NCBI GenBank assembly: GCA_965277715.1
Contig: OZ255836.1
Location: 2,816,001-2,880,000, forward strand
Origin: Gammaproteobacteria bacterium
GTDB lineage: Bacteria; Pseudomonadota; Gammaproteobacteria; JBCCGL01
Direction of reading: 5' to 3'
DNA length: 64,000 nt
Below are positions 40,529-51,233 of the stretch, one piece after another (the first letter of the stretch is position 1; each line of letters opens with the position of its first letter). Position numbers and translations under genes: made by a program. A model generated the notes under the pieces. The model did not search any database and was not told the DNA's origin. It saw only the letters and a program-made list of their open reading frames with translations.

Positions 40529-40544
40529 CAGGGAGCTCTGTCAT

Positions 40545-40886
40545 AGCAGACCAATAGCGAAAATATTCGCCCCGAATTGGCGAGATATAAGCGAGGGTTT
40601 TTATAACGAATTTCACGGAATGGCGAAGCAGGCAATAACGGCGAAAGAATTGGCTGACGTACCCTTCCAGATGCTCAAGTCGTTGAAGACAAATTTCACC
40701 CCAAGGGATCACCACTTTATAATGTCGTTCAAAAATGGAAAAACCGACTGGGCGTATGCGCCGAATGAGCGTATCCAAGATTTACCTGCTATAAAGTGGA
40801 AACTAATGAATATTCAAAAAATGCCTGCCAATAAGCATCAAAAAGCTGTGGAAAAACTGAAAATGGTATTGGATGCATGGCTGTGA
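40545..40886 (+). pseudogene. C-terminal remnant of an AbiEii/AbiGii-type nucleotidyltransferase toxin
   Basis: FIMSFKNGKTDW..DLPAIKWKLMNIQKM resembles the C-terminus of this family; N-terminus missing. Confidence 0.6.
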
Positions 40887-41016
40887 ATCACCAACCATAG
40901 TAAAATCTACAGGCAGCGCCTGATAGTTTCGTACCAGATTACAGAGAATAAACTGTCAAGATATATGTTAATACATTCCTATGCCTCCTTTTTTTCAATT
41001 TAAGCAGGTTGCGCCC

Positions 41017-41203
41017 CAGGGCAATTGCACTACAACACCCTGTATGAAAGCACTACAGATATAGGGTTTTCGGGGTTCAGCCAAATTGGGGGAATGTAAA
41101 ATAACTCAACATATAGCGCTTTACAAAATCATAAAACCCTGAAAATGCTTAAACGTGGTGTTATCAGGAGCGAAATCATAAGGATTGTAGTGCAATTGCC
41201 CTG
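41017..41203. mobile_element. 187-bp MITE of ISAs1 type
   Basis: 19-bp perfect terminal inverted repeat CAGGGCAATTGCACTACAA; 10-bp target duplication GGTTGCGCCC (41007-41016, 41204-41213). Confidence 0.88.
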
Positions 41204-41744
41204 GGTTGCGCCCTTAGCTCCTCAGCTTTAGATAATAAATCTTTTGTTTTTGACAACCTTTTAATATCTTGTCTATCTGATTTATCGAAATCAGCCTCAT
41301 CAATAACTTTGATACACTGATTAAATGCATCCAACGATTTTGAGTCATCTCCTAGTAAATTAAGAATAATTTGACAGTACCCATCCATTTTTCTGGAATT
41401 AAACTGAGGAAGAGGATTGTCTTGGAATAGAACCCTAAACAGCAGCAATATATGAAATCTAACCTTTTTATATGATGTGTCAATATTTTTTCTTCTAAAA
41501 TGTGTTTCCAACTTATAATAGGCAAAAGCACTAGTATAATATGGAGAATATACATGGTCGTTAGAAAAAATATTCGCCTTTCCCTTATTAATTTTCCCAA
41601 CGAGAGTGCCGAAAAAACTGGTTACTTGATGAGGGTTTTCTAAAAACATTGCGGCAAACGATTTTATTTGATAAGGGACAGTAATGATTTTAGTTTTTAA
41701 TACCGAACTATCACCATTATATTGCTTTGACCTCCTCTCATAAT

Positions 41745-43284
41745 CATGGGTGTACCACTAGAATCCTGCCAGGAAGCTAATAACGCAATGAATAACACCT
41801 GACAAGAGCCGCCATGAGCTACAAATAGTATTTTTTATAATATTTGTACTGTTTTTTTATAAACCGATAACACGCTTTATAATTCATAAAATAAATAAAA
41901 TTATCCAAAAAAACACTTGCATTCACCAGCAGAATTTTTTTTAAAATACCCATTTAATATCTGATTAAATGGGCAAATTGAATATGAACGAAATGATGAC
42001 CGTTGAAGAATATATCACCGAACACTGTAAAATAAGTATGGAAAAAGCAATTGCTGCTGAACGCTTCCCTTTATGGAAAAGATCATGTGATGCCATTGAT
42101 GACGTAGCTTTTTCTCGCCATGGGTTACTTCGCTGTATAAGTCTTGTACATAGTGGTCGTCACTATCTACAGGTTACGGATGAAATATACGACGAGACAA
42201 TTTGTCATTCAAGCTATTTTAACGCATTGAAGTCGACAAGACGGATGAAGATGATGCAAGCCATGGAAAAGCAAAGCTATCAACTGCAAAGTGAGAAATT
42301 ATCTTCTTTGGACATTGATTATTTAAAACAATTTCCTGAACTTGAAGAATATCGAGTAGAAGCAGCTGATGGTCATTTTATACAGCATGCTTGTCACACA
42401 GAGAAAAATCGTCAGGGCAACGTCTTCGCAGCAGGCTTTATTCATGCCTTGAACCTCAGAAATGGACTTCTAAGACCACTTTGTGTCGTGACTAACGGTA
42501 CTGAACGGCACCAGGAAATACCCGCGTTACGTTCTTATATTGAACAACGTTGTGGCGAAAAAGAGACTTGGCAAAAGCATCTCTATATATACGATAAGGC
42601 GGTGACTGATTATGCATGGTGGGAAAAGCAAAAACAGCATCAGAATTTTATGATTTCAGTACTCAAAGAAAATGCAGTTGCAACTTTTGTCAACTCTATA
42701 CCCTATGACCAGGGTAGTGAAATTAATACAGGGGTTGAAGGCTATAGTGTATATAAAAATAAAAAGGTTCAATTTCATATTGTTAAATACCGCGACCCAG
42801 AAACAGGTCAATTACATCAATTTATTTCAACGCTACCAGAGTCAATTAACCCAGGCACTATTGCTATGCTCTATTACAAGCGTTGGACGATAGAAAAATC
42901 ATTCAACAATAGTAAAAGTGATTTCACCGAAAGAAAAGCCTGGTCTTCAAACCTGAATGCGCTGAACAGTCAAATGCGTTTTACTGCTATGGCCTATAAT
43001 ATCATGCGTATTTTTGAAGAAATATCAAAAACAAAAAACCTGGAATGTATTCATCCATCTGATAAAAAATACACTAAAATGCTTGATAAGAGACAACAAA
43101 TTGCCCAGAAAAAAGGCGGCTTTGTTAATCCATTGTTTTTTTACGCTAGAATTACCCGTATATGCTCATTCACCATCCGCTCTCTGCAAAATGCAATAAT
43201 GACAAGAAAGTCCCTTAGAACTATTATGCATAGCTTAGTGAGGCATTTAAAACCTCGACAGCCAGGAATTTTGAAACACTGATG
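41745..43284 (+). mobile_element. IS4-like DDE insertion sequence (transposase 41969-43282)
   Basis: 8-bp target duplication CTCATAAT; CAT...ATG imperfect ends; AADGH, YDKA and YYKRWTIEKSFNNSK motifs. Confidence 0.88.
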
Positions 43285-44638
43285 CTCATAATAGAGTTTT
43301 GAATCACCACTATATGAATTGTAGTACTCTTCCAAACTTCTTTGAAACATAGTCAGGGATGCCAACTGTTCTTTTTTTATTGGGGTTTGATTATTTGTAG
43401 CTAAAGTAATACGAGTCTTTATTTCATCGCTATCTGTTGCGATTATCTTGATAGGGACATTGACGTTTTTAATGTGTTCACTATTCCTATTGTTAAAAAG
43501 AACATTACTTGTTTGACATCCATTAACGATTTGATAGTCCCTGATAGTAAAACTATCTCCAGTTGGTGAAATTGAACTAGCAACAATAGTTACTCCATTA
43601 TTTAGAACACTAAATAAATCTGAACTGCCCTCATTAAGAGTCTTTTTTATTCCGCTGTTAACATCATTGTTCGAACCCTGAAAGTCCCTAACGTTATCCT
43701 CAAAAACGTTAATCAAGTTATCCTCTTCATCGGTCAATATCTTCTTAAATTCCGAAAATGGGAGCAGGCCAATATACGCTTCTGAAATGCCCTTAATTGA
43801 AGGAAGTGTAACCCTATTGTTAAAATTTATAGTTGTAGAAATCGCCTCTTTAGTCTTTCGAAATGACGCAGCAATTTCCTTCGCTCCATAAGGGTTAAAT
43901 AGAACCTTTTCAAAAAGATTTAGTTGCTCCAACTCATTGATGCCTTGACTAATCACGGCAGAAAGGTTTTGATCACCAGTCCACTTGCCTGTGTTGCAAT
44001 AAAACAACTTTATTATTGGGTTTTCCTTGAAATGGGGTGCTTTAGAATATATGTGGTCTGAAATATCTGCAATTCGCATAACGTCTGCGTTTCGCATAAG
44101 GGATGGTTTTAGGGCGAAAAAATCTTTCACCCCAAAAATAAAGGTACTTAGATCCCCGTTACTATAACTCGAGGAAGTCTTCGATTGAACAAATACATAA
44201 TTCACTTCCAAAGAAGAGTTCTTCTCAAGTAAATCATCTACTTCATCTTTGTCCTCAATCAATTGTCCGTTTACTATAATTGCGATACCATCAAGCCCTG
44301 TATCGCCACCGTCACCTACGGTTACTTGGCCAATATCGAAGGTTTTAGTATACTCATTTGAAATAATGCAGTAATTTGCTAACTTTTCAAAATCTTTTGA
44401 TTCACCTTCAGAGTTTAGTTCTTGATTACTTAGGAGCTCACTAATCAAACTTTGTGTAATTCTATCCATTTTTAACCCTTCAAAATAATTGTAATATAAA
44501 ATTCATGGCTGATTTATATAGCCATACTTTCTCTCATTTTAATGCTGAAAATAATAAAAATGCCTTTAGTATTTATTATTGTTATTTTCCAGCCATAGTT
44601 AGAGTAGCATATTTATGGTTTTCGAAAATGACTTCGCT

Positions 44639-44743
44639 ATGAGTAAACCATCATTTCTCACGTCTATATCTGAATTTGTGCAGATGCGTCGATACAGAAA
44701 GCGCACTATAATTGCTTGCATTTCCGAATTAAGGTATTCGTAA
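44639..44743 (+). pseudogene. intI: Second integron integrase 5' stub
   Basis: MSKPSFLTSISEFVQMRRYRKRTIIAC..*; 44506-44715 is homologous to the reverse complement of about 8133-8342. Confidence 0.72.
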
Positions 44744-44847
44744 TTTTGAATTGTAAAACACTCGAAAGACCTAGGCAACAGGTAAAATAGAAGAAATTTC
44801 TTAGCTGTTTATTATTCACCATCTGGCCATCATGTGAATTCTCTTAC

Positions 44848-45744
44848 CTAAATTAAATGGCCGCTGTTGAGACGCTCAACCTTCTCCAAACAAAGCCTTT
44901 CCACCATCCCCTGCAAACACTCAACCCGCTCAGCCAACCACTTAAGCTCCTCCTCTGTAATTTCATAATGCTCAGAATAACGGGCATCGACATACGCCTT
45001 TTTCAACAACTGAAACCGGCGGCGCTGAACTTTGGTATCTTGCGGAAAAACTCCGGCAATATCTTCATACTGCAAAATAGCCAGGGAGTTAAGTTGTTGC
45101 AAATTGTGGGTATTGGGTTTGTAGTTGGTGACTACCAATAGCAGGCAGGAATATAGACGCTCTGCGACTTGATGTAGCAGAAAAGCGGCAATTTTAACCT
45201 CCCCATCTTTTATTGCGTACTGATATTGTTTGAAGAATCCATTAGCACTTTCAAACCATTGCTTATAATGCTTTTCCGCAACGGCTTTATATTGCGCCGC
45301 TGATAAATTACCCTCTTGCACCAACTCAGTTTTGTCAAATTCATACAGCAAAACGCCCTGCTGTTTAATATCAGAAAAAAAATACTGCCCCTCCATTAAG
45401 GCATTATTCACTTCCTTCAGGGTATGTACCAGAATGTTGATAGGGGGCCGCACACGCAGGGCAACTCGCTCATCAACGGCATTCCAGAGTTTATAGTCCT
45501 CCACTAATTCGGCTTTATTCAGAATCACCAGAATATCGTAATCGCTGACGTAACCGTGGGCCGGATCATTCACCCACTTACCCGTGGCAAAACTGCCAAA
45601 CAGAATAATCTTGGCGATACGGCTGTGCTTTTTCTTGCCGTTGGCAAAGCCGGTTACTTGCTCAAATTCGTCGCGTATTACTGAAACGATATGGGCAATA
45701 TCATTTTGCTTGGAGGTGGGTAAATGATCGAGGGATCGCTGCAT
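44848..45744 (-). CDS. Nucleotidyltransferase (MNT)-HEPN fusion protein
   Basis: ILFGSFATG..SDYDIL motif; HEPN-like AFLLHQVAE, THNL and AYVDARY. Confidence 0.9.
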   Translation of the reverse strand: MQRSLDHLPTSKQNDIAHIVSVIRDEFEQVTGFANGKKKHSRIAKIILFGSFATGKWVNDPAHGYVSDYDILVILNKAELVEDYKLWNAVDERVALRVRPPINILVHTLKEVNNALMEGQYFFSDIKQQGVLLYEFDKTELVQEGNLSAAQYKAVAEKHYKQWFESANGFFKQYQYAIKDGEVKIAAFLLHQVAERLYSCLLLVVTNYKPNTHNLQQLNSLAILQYEDIAGVFPQDTKVQRRRFQLLKKAYVDARYSEHYEITEEELKWLAERVECLQGMVERLCLEKVERLNSGHLI

Positions 45745-45862
45745 AAGGGCATTATACCCGCGTAATGTAATGATGGGAAAACGCTTCGTATTACCGTGTC
45801 CTATGCTTGTATTAACGTACTAACGACCATCAATTAGCACTTACCTCCTCTACATCTCCTAT

Positions 45863-46162
45863 TTATGACGCTAAGGGCGCAGAATTTTGCCCAATACCAT
45901 CAAGATTTTCTTCAGGGGAACGGTATTTTTTATTCAACGCTTTTTCCATATCTTGTATGGCATTGGCCAGCAGCGTGACAATATAACCCCCTCCCGCCTC
46001 TGCGCTATCAAAATCACTTAATTGTGGATTGGTATCCAGTGACTTACCGATAAAGTGCAATGAGCTGGCGATAAACGACAAGGTGTCGATAGGGTTGTCT
46101 TCTACTACGGCTAAAATAGAACGTTGTATTTCTCGCTTAGTGGGCGGGAGGGTATTGGGCAT
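45863..46162 (-). CDS. Hypothetical protein
   Basis: GAGG RBS before the MPNTLPP start; no recognisable motif. Confidence 0.5.
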   Translation of the reverse strand: MPNTLPPTKREIQRSILAVVEDNPIDTLSFIASSLHFIGKSLDTNPQLSDFDSAEAGGGYIVTLLANAIQDMEKALNKKYRSPEENLDGIGQNSAPLAS

Positions 46163-46279
46163 GGTGGTTTCCTCTTTGGGTGTGTTTAACCACCACGGAG
46201 GTCTCAATCTCCATTTGGTGTCAGACCAACAGGGTTGAGACTACCGACCCAAAGAGCGGCCCACCCGAAGGCGGCCCCA

Positions 46280-46981
46280 TTAGCCTGATGCTCCGTGGGT
46301 ATAGGCTGCGCCCGCTGTCAGCAATTCACTAAAATCATTGGTCATGGGGTAGTCGTTGTGTGCCAATGGCGGCAACTGGCTGTCTGGCTGTCGCACGCCG
46401 ATTACGTAGCCGACGCCATTGGCTTTTGCGCTGGCTAGTACTTGGCGGTTGTCGTCGATAAAGAGGCTGCGGGCTAGGTCGATGCTTTGGCTTTGCGCTA
46501 AGCTGCGCCAATACTGGTGGTGTTCTTTGGCATAACCGTAGTCGTGCGAGCTGCTGATATCATCGAAAAAAGGCTGCAAGCCGGTTTTCTCGAATTTTAA
46601 ATCGATGGTGGCGCGGTGGGCGTTGGTGGCCAGTACGATGCGTTTGTTGCCAGCGCGCAGGTGTTTGAGGAAGGCGATGGCGCCTTCGCGTACGGCAATT
46701 TTATCGGACACTTGCCGTTTGAGGGCGAGTATGTCAACGGTGAATACATCGCTCCAATAATCGATACAGTAACCAGGCAGGGTGCCAAAGGCTTCGCGCA
46801 GTTTGGGCAGTACGTATTGTTTGGCCGATTGCAGCGAAATGCCCTCGCGTTCGCTGACTTTGAGTGGCAGGAATTCCAGCCAGAAATAGCTGTCATAGTG
46901 CAAATCGAGCAGTGTGCCGTCCATGTCGAGTAACACGGTATCGATGTGCTGCCAGTCAACGGTGAGTGGTGGGTGTGCCAT
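46280..46981 (-). CDS. yrfG: HAD-family GMP/IMP nucleotidase
   Basis: DTVLLDMDGTLLDLHYD, ATNAH and LFIDDN motifs; likely start ATG 46981. Confidence 0.88.
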   Translation of the reverse strand: MAHPPLTVDWQHIDTVLLDMDGTLLDLHYDSYFWLEFLPLKVSEREGISLQSAKQYVLPKLREAFGTLPGYCIDYWSDVFTVDILALKRQVSDKIAVREGAIAFLKHLRAGNKRIVLATNAHRATIDLKFEKTGLQPFFDDISSSHDYGYAKEHHQYWRSLAQSQSIDLARSLFIDDNRQVLASAKANGVGYVIGVRQPDSQLPPLAHNDYPMTNDFSELLTAGAAYTHGASG

Positions 46982-47073
46982 ATTAATTTCGGTTAGATGA
47001 GTCGTTTGCCTTTTGTATTGGCGAATGCGGTAGCATAATACACGTTGCAACACGTGACTAAACAGGATTCCCC

Positions 47074-47508
47074 ATGCCATCCAAACATTATTCAACACCC
47101 GATAAAGCAGAGGCCGCTTTTTACGAGGCATTTCAGCAGGGTGATCTGTATGCAATGATGGATGTCTGGTCAGACGACGATAGCATCGTCTGTATCCACC
47201 CCGGTGCGCCCCGGTTGGAAGGTGAGGAGATGGTGCGGGAAGGCTGGCGGCAGATACTGGAAAACAGTATTGGTCTGGAATTTGTCCTCACCGATATACA
47301 GGCCACTGAAGATGACCTTTTATCGATACACATGGTGCGTGAGGAAATCAATATCGACGGTGAATTTTCCGGTGTGATGCTGGTCACTAATATCTACCGG
47401 CGCGTCGATGATAAGGGGTGGCGCATGATGCTGCACCACGCATCACCAGAACCAGAGCCGTTTTACGATGAACTCGAAATGCCCTACGAAGAAGTCGTGT
47501 TGCACTAA
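47074..47508 (+). CDS. SnoaL/NTF2-like protein
   Basis: AFYEAF, CIHPG and WRMMLHHAS motifs. Confidence 0.85.
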   Translation: MPSKHYSTPDKAEAAFYEAFQQGDLYAMMDVWSDDDSIVCIHPGAPRLEGEEMVREGWRQILENSIGLEFVLTDIQATEDDLLSIHMVREEINIDGEFSGVMLVTNIYRRVDDKGWRMMLHHASPEPEPFYDELEMPYEEVVLH

Positions 47509-47579
47509 CCTTTTAACGCTATGTCACAATTAAGCGCCTGCCTTGTTCGGGTGCGGCCATTGTTGTTGCGCGTACGCTA

Positions 47580-48392
47580 ATGTCCAGCCGTTCATTCGTC
47601 TTTGATATAACTCCGGAAAACTTTGCGACTATGGTGTTGCAAAACTCGGAAAAAGGCCCGGTATTGGTCTATTACCTGTCACCTAACGCAGGGCCGTGCA
47701 TGATGTTACTGCCGAGGCTGGTGAACCTGGCGGAAGAGTTCGGCGGGCGTTTCCTGTTGACGTTGTTGAACATCGATGAGTACAGATTATTTGCACAGCA
47801 TCGTGGCATTACCAGCATCCCAACGGTACAGATCTATCAACATGGTGACGTTGTCGAGACAGTTAACAGCGCCTGGTCAGAACAATACTTTCGCAACGTA
47901 CTGGATAAATACTTGCCACGCAAAGCGATCCCTGAAGTCAGTGGCCTATCCGACCGCGCCCACCAGGGCTACCGCACCGTACTCGACCGGGCCAAACAAC
48001 AGATGCAGACAGGGGACATCTTCAGCGCTTATGAAATGCTGGAAAAACTCCCGGAAGCCGCCCGCCGTGACCCGGAAATTGACCTACTAACAACCCACCT
48101 CGGCTTAATCTGCACCGCCGAGCGGGCGCCAACAATCAATACACTACTGGAACAACAGCGCAAGCACCCGGAAAACCCTGATATTGCCCAGCAACTGGCT
48201 GCGCGTTACTTAATACAGGATGAATATGAAAAATCACTCGGTGTGTTGAGTGAACTGCTAAGCCACCGTGATGTGCCGGTGCAACAAAAAGCACACCGCG
48301 CCATGCTGGCTATTTTTGCCTTACTGGGGCCTGAGCATAAGCTGGTACAAAAGTTTCACACAATAACAATGGGCGACTCGTTTAGCACCTGA
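47580..48392 (+). CDS. Thioredoxin-TPR protein (YbbN/CnoX-like)
   Basis: Thioredoxin fold (AGPC, SIPTV) followed by a helical TPR-like C-terminus. Confidence 0.8.
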   Translation: MSSRSFVFDITPENFATMVLQNSEKGPVLVYYLSPNAGPCMMLLPRLVNLAEEFGGRFLLTLLNIDEYRLFAQHRGITSIPTVQIYQHGDVVETVNSAWSEQYFRNVLDKYLPRKAIPEVSGLSDRAHQGYRTVLDRAKQQMQTGDIFSAYEMLEKLPEAARRDPEIDLLTTHLGLICTAERAPTINTLLEQQRKHPENPDIAQQLAARYLIQDEYEKSLGVLSELLSHRDVPVQQKAHRAMLAIFALLGPEHKLVQKFHTITMGDSFST

Positions 48393-48630
48393 ACTAACCC
48401 CTATTTTTGAATTGAGAACGCCTCTAAGAGTCTGTCGGCTTTTCCGCAGTAGAGCAACCCTGAATCCGGCCGGTTCCTGGGTCAGAAGGAGTACATCAGA
48501 GGCACAACCCCATGCTACCAGCAGTCAGTGTCAATCTGCTTTCCACAGAAACAGTTGGCGTACTACAGCATTGATTAGCAAGGTATTCTCACGGCCTGTA
48601 CCACACTCATCTGCGGCCCAATTGTTCAGT

Positions 48631-49791
48631 TCACCGTGCAATAGCACCCTCAGTAACAGCACGCTTAATCCGAGCCACCGCCTCCTCTAAATTAGTACGG
48701 GTACAGCCAAAATTAATCCGCTGAAAACGCGGATCACCAAACTGCGCCCCATCTGAAAAACCTAACCCGTGTTGCAAAAACAACCCGTGTGCATCATCTG
48801 TGGCCAGCGCCTGAGTATCGATCCAACCGAGATAACTGGCCTCGACATGCGGCATAGACAAACCGGGTATTTGCGCCACTTCCGCCTGCAAAAAGTCACG
48901 GTTGGCGCGCAAATAATCCAGCAGCGCCTGATGCCAGGCATCCCCATCGCGGTAGGCCGCCAACGCCGCAGCATAGGCCAGCGCGCTAACCGGCGGTGCA
49001 GCACCGCCAATCGAACCGCTAAATTTTTTGCGCAAAGCCGGATCTGAAATAATCGCAAATGAGCAGTTCACCCCAGCGAGGTTAAAGGTTTTGCTGGGTG
49101 CCATCAGCGTAATGATATTGTGCTGGTAATCTGGGCAGGCAACGGCGGTGGGGGTATGCCGGGCACCGTGGTCGAGCACCAGCTCACAGTGAATCTCATC
49201 AGAACAAATTTGGATACCGTGCTGCGCACAAATACGGCCCAGCTCAGCCAGTTCGTCGGCGCGAAATAAAGTGCCGACCGGATTGTGGGGACTGCACAGT
49301 AACAGCATCCGTGTACGCGGGGTGATGGCGGCGCAAATGGCATCAAAATCGAACGTCCAGCGACCATCGACACAGTGCAGCGGTGCATTCACTAAGGTGC
49401 GCAATGACTTCTCTGGCACGGTAATTAAATGGTGGTAAACAGGTGGATTGATAATGACTTCATCGCCGATCTCACCGGCTGTGCGGCAGCTCGCCGCCAG
49501 CCCCGGCACAACGCCGGGTATCCAGACAATCCAATCCGCCTCGATAGACCAGTTGTAACGCTGTTGCAGCCGCGCTACAACCACCTCGGCCAGGCCTGGC
49601 TTGGGTGTCGCGTAACCAAAAATACCGTGGTCAACCTCCTGGTGGAGTGCCTGAATTACCGCCGGGGCAGTCTGGAAATCCATATCGGCAACCCACAGAG
49701 GCAGTACCGGGGAGGGGTATTTATTCCATTTATAATTGGCGTGGGAACGGCGGTCTATCGGTGTATCAAAATCGAAATGTGTAGCGGTCAT
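48631..49791 (-). CDS. MalY/PatB family PLP-dependent C-S lyase
   Basis: LWVADMDF, CSPHNP, SDEIH and APSKTFNLAG motifs. Confidence 0.92.
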   Translation of the reverse strand: MTATHFDFDTPIDRRSHANYKWNKYPSPVLPLWVADMDFQTAPAVIQALHQEVDHGIFGYATPKPGLAEVVVARLQQRYNWSIEADWIVWIPGVVPGLAASCRTAGEIGDEVIINPPVYHHLITVPEKSLRTLVNAPLHCVDGRWTFDFDAICAAITPRTRMLLLCSPHNPVGTLFRADELAELGRICAQHGIQICSDEIHCELVLDHGARHTPTAVACPDYQHNIITLMAPSKTFNLAGVNCSFAIISDPALRKKFSGSIGGAAPPVSALAYAAALAAYRDGDAWHQALLDYLRANRDFLQAEVAQIPGLSMPHVEASYLGWIDTQALATDDAHGLFLQHGLGFSDGAQFGDPRFQRINFGCTRTNLEEAVARIKRAVTEGAIAR

Positions 49792-49846
49792 CAGTATTTT
49801 TTAAATAAAGCGTGGGTGTGGGTAACGAGTTTACAGCATTCAGATG

Positions 49847-50647
49847 TTAGCGTTTTCCCGGTTTATTGGCGACACGGCGCTTGGCAGCCTGCCAGAACTG
49901 ATCCAGTTGTTCGGCGTCACAGTCGCTTAAATCCTGCTTGGCGTGGGCCGCGTCCGCCTCGACGCTTTCAAAACGCCGCTGGAATTTATCATTGGCCTTG
50001 CGCAGTGCCTGCTCGGCATCGACCTGGGTGTGGCGTGCCAGGTTGACCACGGCAAACAACAAATCCCCCACTTCTTCTTCAATACGCGCCTGGGAACCAT
50101 CGAGCACTTCCTCACACTCCGCTAGCTCCTCGCGGATTTTTTCATTGACGGCGGCCACCGATTTCCAATCAAAACCGACGTGGGCGGCGCGCTTGCCAAT
50201 TTTTTGTGCGCGCGACAAAGCGGGCAGTGCCCGTGCAATGCCCGACAATGCGGAAGGCCTGCCACCAATTGCCTTTTCACGGCGTTCCCTGGATTTTTGC
50301 TGTTCCCAGGCGGTGTGCAGATCAGCCTCGCGCTGGGGCTGGTCTGTAAACACATGCGGGTGTCGGCGCACCATCTTATCGCAAATGGCGGAGACTACAT
50401 CGTCGAAGCTAAACGCCCCTGACTCTTTGGCGATTTGTGCATGAAAGACAACATTGAGTAGCAGGTCGCCCAGTTCATCGCGCAGATCGTCTGAATTGCC
50501 ATGCTGTATTGCATCGCTGACTTCGTAGGCCTCTTCAATGGTATAGGGGGCAATCGAGGCGAAGGTTTGTTTCTTATCCCAGGGACAACCGCTGTCTGGG
50601 TCGCGCAGTTGCGCCATAATATCGAGCAGTGCGCGAATATCATTCAT
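49847..50647 (-). CDS. mazG: Nucleoside triphosphate pyrophosphohydrolase
   Basis: LRDPDSGCPWD, EEAYEV, ELGDLL and RRHPHVF motifs; start ATG 50647. Confidence 0.95.
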   Translation of the reverse strand: MNDIRALLDIMAQLRDPDSGCPWDKKQTFASIAPYTIEEAYEVSDAIQHGNSDDLRDELGDLLLNVVFHAQIAKESGAFSFDDVVSAICDKMVRRHPHVFTDQPQREADLHTAWEQQKSRERREKAIGGRPSALSGIARALPALSRAQKIGKRAAHVGFDWKSVAAVNEKIREELAECEEVLDGSQARIEEEVGDLLFAVVNLARHTQVDAEQALRKANDKFQRRFESVEADAAHAKQDLSDCDAEQLDQFWQAAKRRVANKPGKR

Positions 50648-50663
50648 CGGGGGTAACGGATTA

Positions 50664-51233
50664 TTAGTTGAAGGTAATGCGGATGCCGACATGCGCCTGA
50701 TCGTCAAACTCAATGCCGTCGAGTGAGTCAAAATCGGCTTCGAGCAGTCGGTAACCGACAAACACACGCGCCGTCTCAACAACCTCAAACTCATAGCGAA
50801 ACGATATCTCGGCGAGTTTTTCAGTATCACCAAAGCTGGTGATTTCCGGGGCGTAATGCCCTTCCAGTGTGGCAGCCATCGGCACCGACGCCGGGATGGT
50901 GTAGCGGATCTGGCCACCGATGGCAATGCTGCCGAGGTCAAGATCGCTGACATCGTACTTGCCCAGATAAGCTTTGGCACCAATGCCAAACTGCCATGGA
51001 TGATCAGCACCGGCAGGTTCGCCAACCACCATAAAATTGGCGTTGAGGATAAAGTCGTCGCTGTTGTTAAAAAATACACCGTAGCCAATGTCGGTGCCGT
51101 TTTCACCAAAATCAGCATCGTTTTGAAGATAAACCAACGAGGCTGCTTCATCGTTGAGGCTAATGTCGAAACCAGAAGCCTGTGCAACGCCACTGCCGAT
51201 CAGCAGCAGTGAGGCCAGTGTTCGCTTGATCAT
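50664..51233 (-). CDS. YfaZ-family outer membrane protein
   Basis: Signal peptide, YAPEITSFGD, VFVGYR, C-terminal aromatic residue. Confidence 0.8.
   Translation of the reverse strand: MIKRTLASLLLIGSGVAQASGFDISLNDEAASLVYLQNDADFGENGTDIGYGVFFNNSDDFILNANFMVVGEPAGADHPWQFGIGAKAYLGKYDVSDLDLGSIAIGGQIRYTIPASVPMAATLEGHYAPEITSFGDTEKLAEISFRYEFEVVETARVFVGYRLLEADFDSLDGIEFDDQAHVGIRITFN

Larger units (their letters stand above)
41000..44469 (-). pseudogene. AIPR family (abortive infection phage resistance) gene interrupted by an IS and a MITE
   Basis: DTGLDG, QSK, FEDNVRDFQG, LNNGVTI, IVNGCQTS and ATNNQT motifs. Removing both insertions and one copy of each duplication restores a 574-aa frame. Confidence 0.88.

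Noticed and set aside
43141-43284. C-terminus of the 442-aa ORF as a real AIPR end
   Set aside because: It is read-through into the inserted IS; the true continuation resumes at 41744.
48415-48630. IS end or small CDS between converging genes
   Set aside because: TAAGAGTCTGTCGG resembles an IS terminus, but no partner end or transposase similarity was found.
50648-51193. Long N-terminal extension of MazG in the ORF track
   Set aside because: It overlaps the YfaZ-like gene in another frame; MazG homology starts at 50647. The listed extensions of obgE, yrfG, the rhombosortase and the MCP were trimmed for similar reasons.
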